Both the position numbers and the translations under genes were made by a program. Positions 61,001 to 64,000 of a stretch of 64,000 nt of DNA are shown piece by piece. Every line of letters starts with the position of its first letter. Position 1 is the first letter of the stretch. This DNA comes from Psammoneis japonica (taxonomy: Eukaryota): positions 555,330 to 619,329 of the forward strand of contig QPGO01000032.1 in the NCBI GenBank assembly GCA_008632985.1, in the 5' to 3' direction. Under the pieces are notes generated by a model. The model was given only the letters and a program-made list of their open reading frames with translations. It did not search any database and was not told where the DNA came from.

Positions 61001-61700
61001 ACAGCAGGGTGCTCTGCATGTTCTTCTCTGATGGGGAGCTTGGGCATGTGGCAAACTTCTTGGGTGCATGTTTGTTGTTGCCAACTTTCAACTCTCATCA
61101 TCAGCGTGCTCTGGTGCTGCTTTTGAAGCTCCAAAACACTTGGCCAGACTTGTCAAGGAGCACTGTGCGCATGCTGCAGTGCAACAAAAGTGCTCTCCAG
61201 TGCACAAGTGAGGTGCTGTCATGTTGCAAAAAAGCTGCCTCCGTGCCCTCCTTCCCAGATCAACAGATCAACTTGAAACGCACTCCTCTCCCTTGGCTGG
61301 GTTGTGCTGCAACAAGCTTGTCTGCCACAATCAAAAGTTGCTGAAAATGAAGGCTTTTTCACCAGAGAGGCAGAGATCTGCACAAGTGCTCCAAATCTTT
61401 TGTGGTGCAAGCGTGCCGCTGATGTGCAGCAGATGGGAGCAGCGCCTCTGAGCACCGTGGAGCATGGCTCTGCAACTTTTCCCCAGTTCTGGAAAGTTTG
61501 TGGCATTCTTGCATTGGCGGGTGTAGCAACTTGTTCTATCCTCTTCAAACTCTTCACCAAAATCATCTTGAAGGTGTCATCAAAAAACTGCTTTCTGTTG
61601 GGCTTGCCTTGTCGAAAATGTGGTTTCAAAAAGTGCGGTGGAAACACTGTTGATTGTGGCTCCAAAGCAGCCAGACAACAATGGTAAATTCGAACACAAA
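58100..61700. repeat. TpA/CpG-erased relic domain E
   Basis: TA and CG are nearly absent at 58100-58870 and 59790-61700. Confidence 0.75.
58872..59784. mobile_element. Non-autonomous TIR element, 913 bp, young and unmutated
   Basis: Perfect 21-bp TIR GACTTGTTCCAGACTTAGGTG and 4-bp TSD TGAT. AT-rich, TA-rich non-coding interior. Confidence 0.93.
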
Positions 61701-62276
61701 GCACACTAAACAGGAATTGTCCATGTTAGTTTTGGAAAATCAAGCTTTACAAATTCGGTGTCGGATTTAGAATGGAGTTGGTGCCGTGCTTCGAGTCGTC
61801 GCCGCCTTGTCCTGCTGGCGTACAGTGCAGTACGTTCCCGCGGTCGTTTTCCGCGCACCGGTAATGGGATTGCTTGTTTGATTGGGGGTCTATTAAGTCA
61901 TTTTGAACAGCCGATTCAGCTTTAAGTGTTTCCGATCATTTATGTTGCACCCTTTTGGTATGACAAATAATGTTGAAAGCATTCAAATAATGCCTTTCAA
62001 TCGTACGACTGCAATCAGTAATTGCCCAACGAGTCACTGGTGTCGGAAAACGACAGTATACTTATTGCCCGTACTAAGTATGACAACCACTTCGGTCACA
62101 ATAAATGTTGTGTGATCACTTATCAAGCGACAATTCGAGAGGTTTTTGGAGACCTCTACTAACCCCGTTGCATTATTTCGTCGAAGCACTTCTCTCACAA
62201 AAAATAACCAAAATCATCGCAAAGAGAGAACACTACTTTCGAGAAACCAAAACATTGATACTTCATAAAGAGAACC

Positions 62277-63585
62277 ATGCGTTTCCTTACCCTTGCTTTC
62301 CTGTTGGCTGCTTGTGCCATGGACGTCAGTGGATCGGTCTCTGAGGACAACAATGCCTCAGTAAGTGCTGCAAAAACCGCAGTCATTCTCATTGAATTAT
62401 ACCCGTTCTCATTCGAGTTCCTTGCTCGTCTATCAGGTGCAGCTTGAAGACCAACCTGAAGGTGGTCCTGATGTCGAAGAAGAACAAGGTGGTGCTGTCG
62501 TCTTGGAAGGAGAAGAGCAAGAACATCGTTATTTACGACGTACGCGCCCGGGACTACCCCCAGGCGTCACATTGATAACGGGTCTCGGGGGCAAGAACAC
62601 CTTAATCATGACTGTTTACGTCTGGTACTGGCTGGGGGCGAAAGATTTGTGCATCAATCCTATCGAGTGGTGCAACACTCAAGTTAACGAAAAGTTTGAA
62701 TACGCAAAATTGTACCGAGACGAACCTGATAAGAGTGCGGTCTACGCAATGGTGGAAGCTGGAGCCACCTGCTGGGCCCAAGCTAAGGCCCTCACAAGGA
62801 TGAATGCCGTGGTTCATGGAAAAGCCGAACTCACCGTCAGGCAAATAGGACGTATCGGGCCAATCCCCGAAGTCAGTTTCAGATCGAGTTTAAGCACGTG
62901 TACACTGTCTGTGGCATTCGCTCGAAGTGAGTCCGAAGCTGCAGCTTTTTCTCAAGGGACAGCTGGTGCATCGGTTAGACCGAATGAAATGTGCGAAAGC
63001 CTGCCGCGTAATCACAGGTTTATCGAACATCGTATGTGTACCACTGCAGAGGGAGAAGTGGAAGCTACTGGCGAGGCTGATGCTGTTAGCACCGCTTCCT
63101 CTTTCTCAAGGGCGCTTGCAGAGTCCAGAAATACTCAGTTGGTAAGCGTGATAGCCAAAGGCAGGAGTCTCGATTTCTTTGATGCTGTAGTGATTGGAGG
63201 AGCGTCGAGCTTCACTGCGGTAAAAAGTAAATCGATTACTTCTGCCCTCACCGATGTCGTCGCCTACGCAGATGGTTACACTTGGATTCAAAACTGCATA
63301 GAGTGGTTGGTGGATTACTGTGGTAGCCTCCACTTCCCTTGGTGCGAGCCAGTTAAAATCGGCGAGTATTGTAGAGAAGTAGAAGCAGAGGCCTCTTCCA
63401 GGGTCGGCGCCAATGCCCACGCTTTTTCCAAGGCTGTTGCGAACTCATTCGGGAATCTCGAAATCTCAGTTGCATTTAATGCATACTTGAGACGCGACAG
63501 CTTGACGGGATTTATCGATATGGGCTTGAACACGAATTCTGGCTTTTCTGCAGGAGCCGTTACCACCTGTAAATCTAAGACCTAG
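62277..63585 (+). CDS. Secreted Ala/Ser/Cys-rich protein of unknown function; 2 exons (62277-62360, 62437-63585)
   Basis: Signal peptide MRFLTLAFLLAACA. In-frame gtaag...cag intron. Acidic pro-region ending HRYLRR. Confidence 0.8.
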
Positions 63586-64000
63586 AAGGAACGATGGAAT
63601 GTCCTGAGCGATTAGGGGCCATGAGCTCGTCTTTTCGCTGGGTGTTGGATGATTGTTTGGAAGTGCATAGTGCATGTTTAGTGGAGATCAGCAGCATTAG
63701 ATGGATTAGATGGAAGTTACTGAAACGGTCTCATCATGAGTGACACAAGTTCAGAGGAGAAGACGGGCTGAAGCTTGTCTCGCAAATAGATAATACTTAC
63801 CATAGTTAGAAAGCCTTTGTATGTGATTTTCACGTACTTTGTCTTTGTTCACAGACCATTGGATATTGGATCACGCGACGGGATCGCGATGAATTGCGGT
63901 GCGCGGTGCCCAATAAGCAGTTTCTCTTGTTCGTGCTGTACGAGCTAATCACGGAGAAATTGGAGAAGATCGGATTCTTAGTAGGCTGTCGGTACGCTGT

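Noticed and set aside
1..64000. A deaminase or methyltransferase gene that could be the mutator; CRISPR, tRNA or rRNA genes
   Set aside because: No HxE..PCxxC deaminase or DNA methylase motif was seen. The 44548 protein is a membrane lipid/prenylcysteine methyltransferase type. No spaced repeat arrays or RNA genes were recognised.

Overview
This is eukaryotic nuclear DNA, very probably from a pennate diatom: short GT-AG introns, signal+ASAF-type bipartite plastid presequences and a CoDi-like Ty1/copia element. Ordinary genes are an ABC1 kinase, an FG-GAP membrane protein, a parvulin, a TL29/APX-like lumen protein, a WW protein, an HPC2/ubinuclein-like protein, a WD40 protein, an S9 peptidase, an ICMT/PEMT-like protein, a vWA-ZZ protein and a secreted protein. 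These alternate with five sharply bounded repeat-associated domains in which the TpA dinucleotide has been almost erased by conversion to TpG or CpA. Internal controls are three LTR copies, a duplicated RT segment, and a fresh versus a decayed copy of one MITE. They show that the change happened in chromosomal DNA after insertion, on both strands and independently in each copy, turning conserved Tyr codons into Cys or His. It extends about 1-2 kb into flanking host sequence and precedes CpG loss. This looks like a repeat-targeted A:T->G:C hypermutation process ('reverse RIP'). No candidate mutator gene is in the window, and whether the process is already described needs a literature check.
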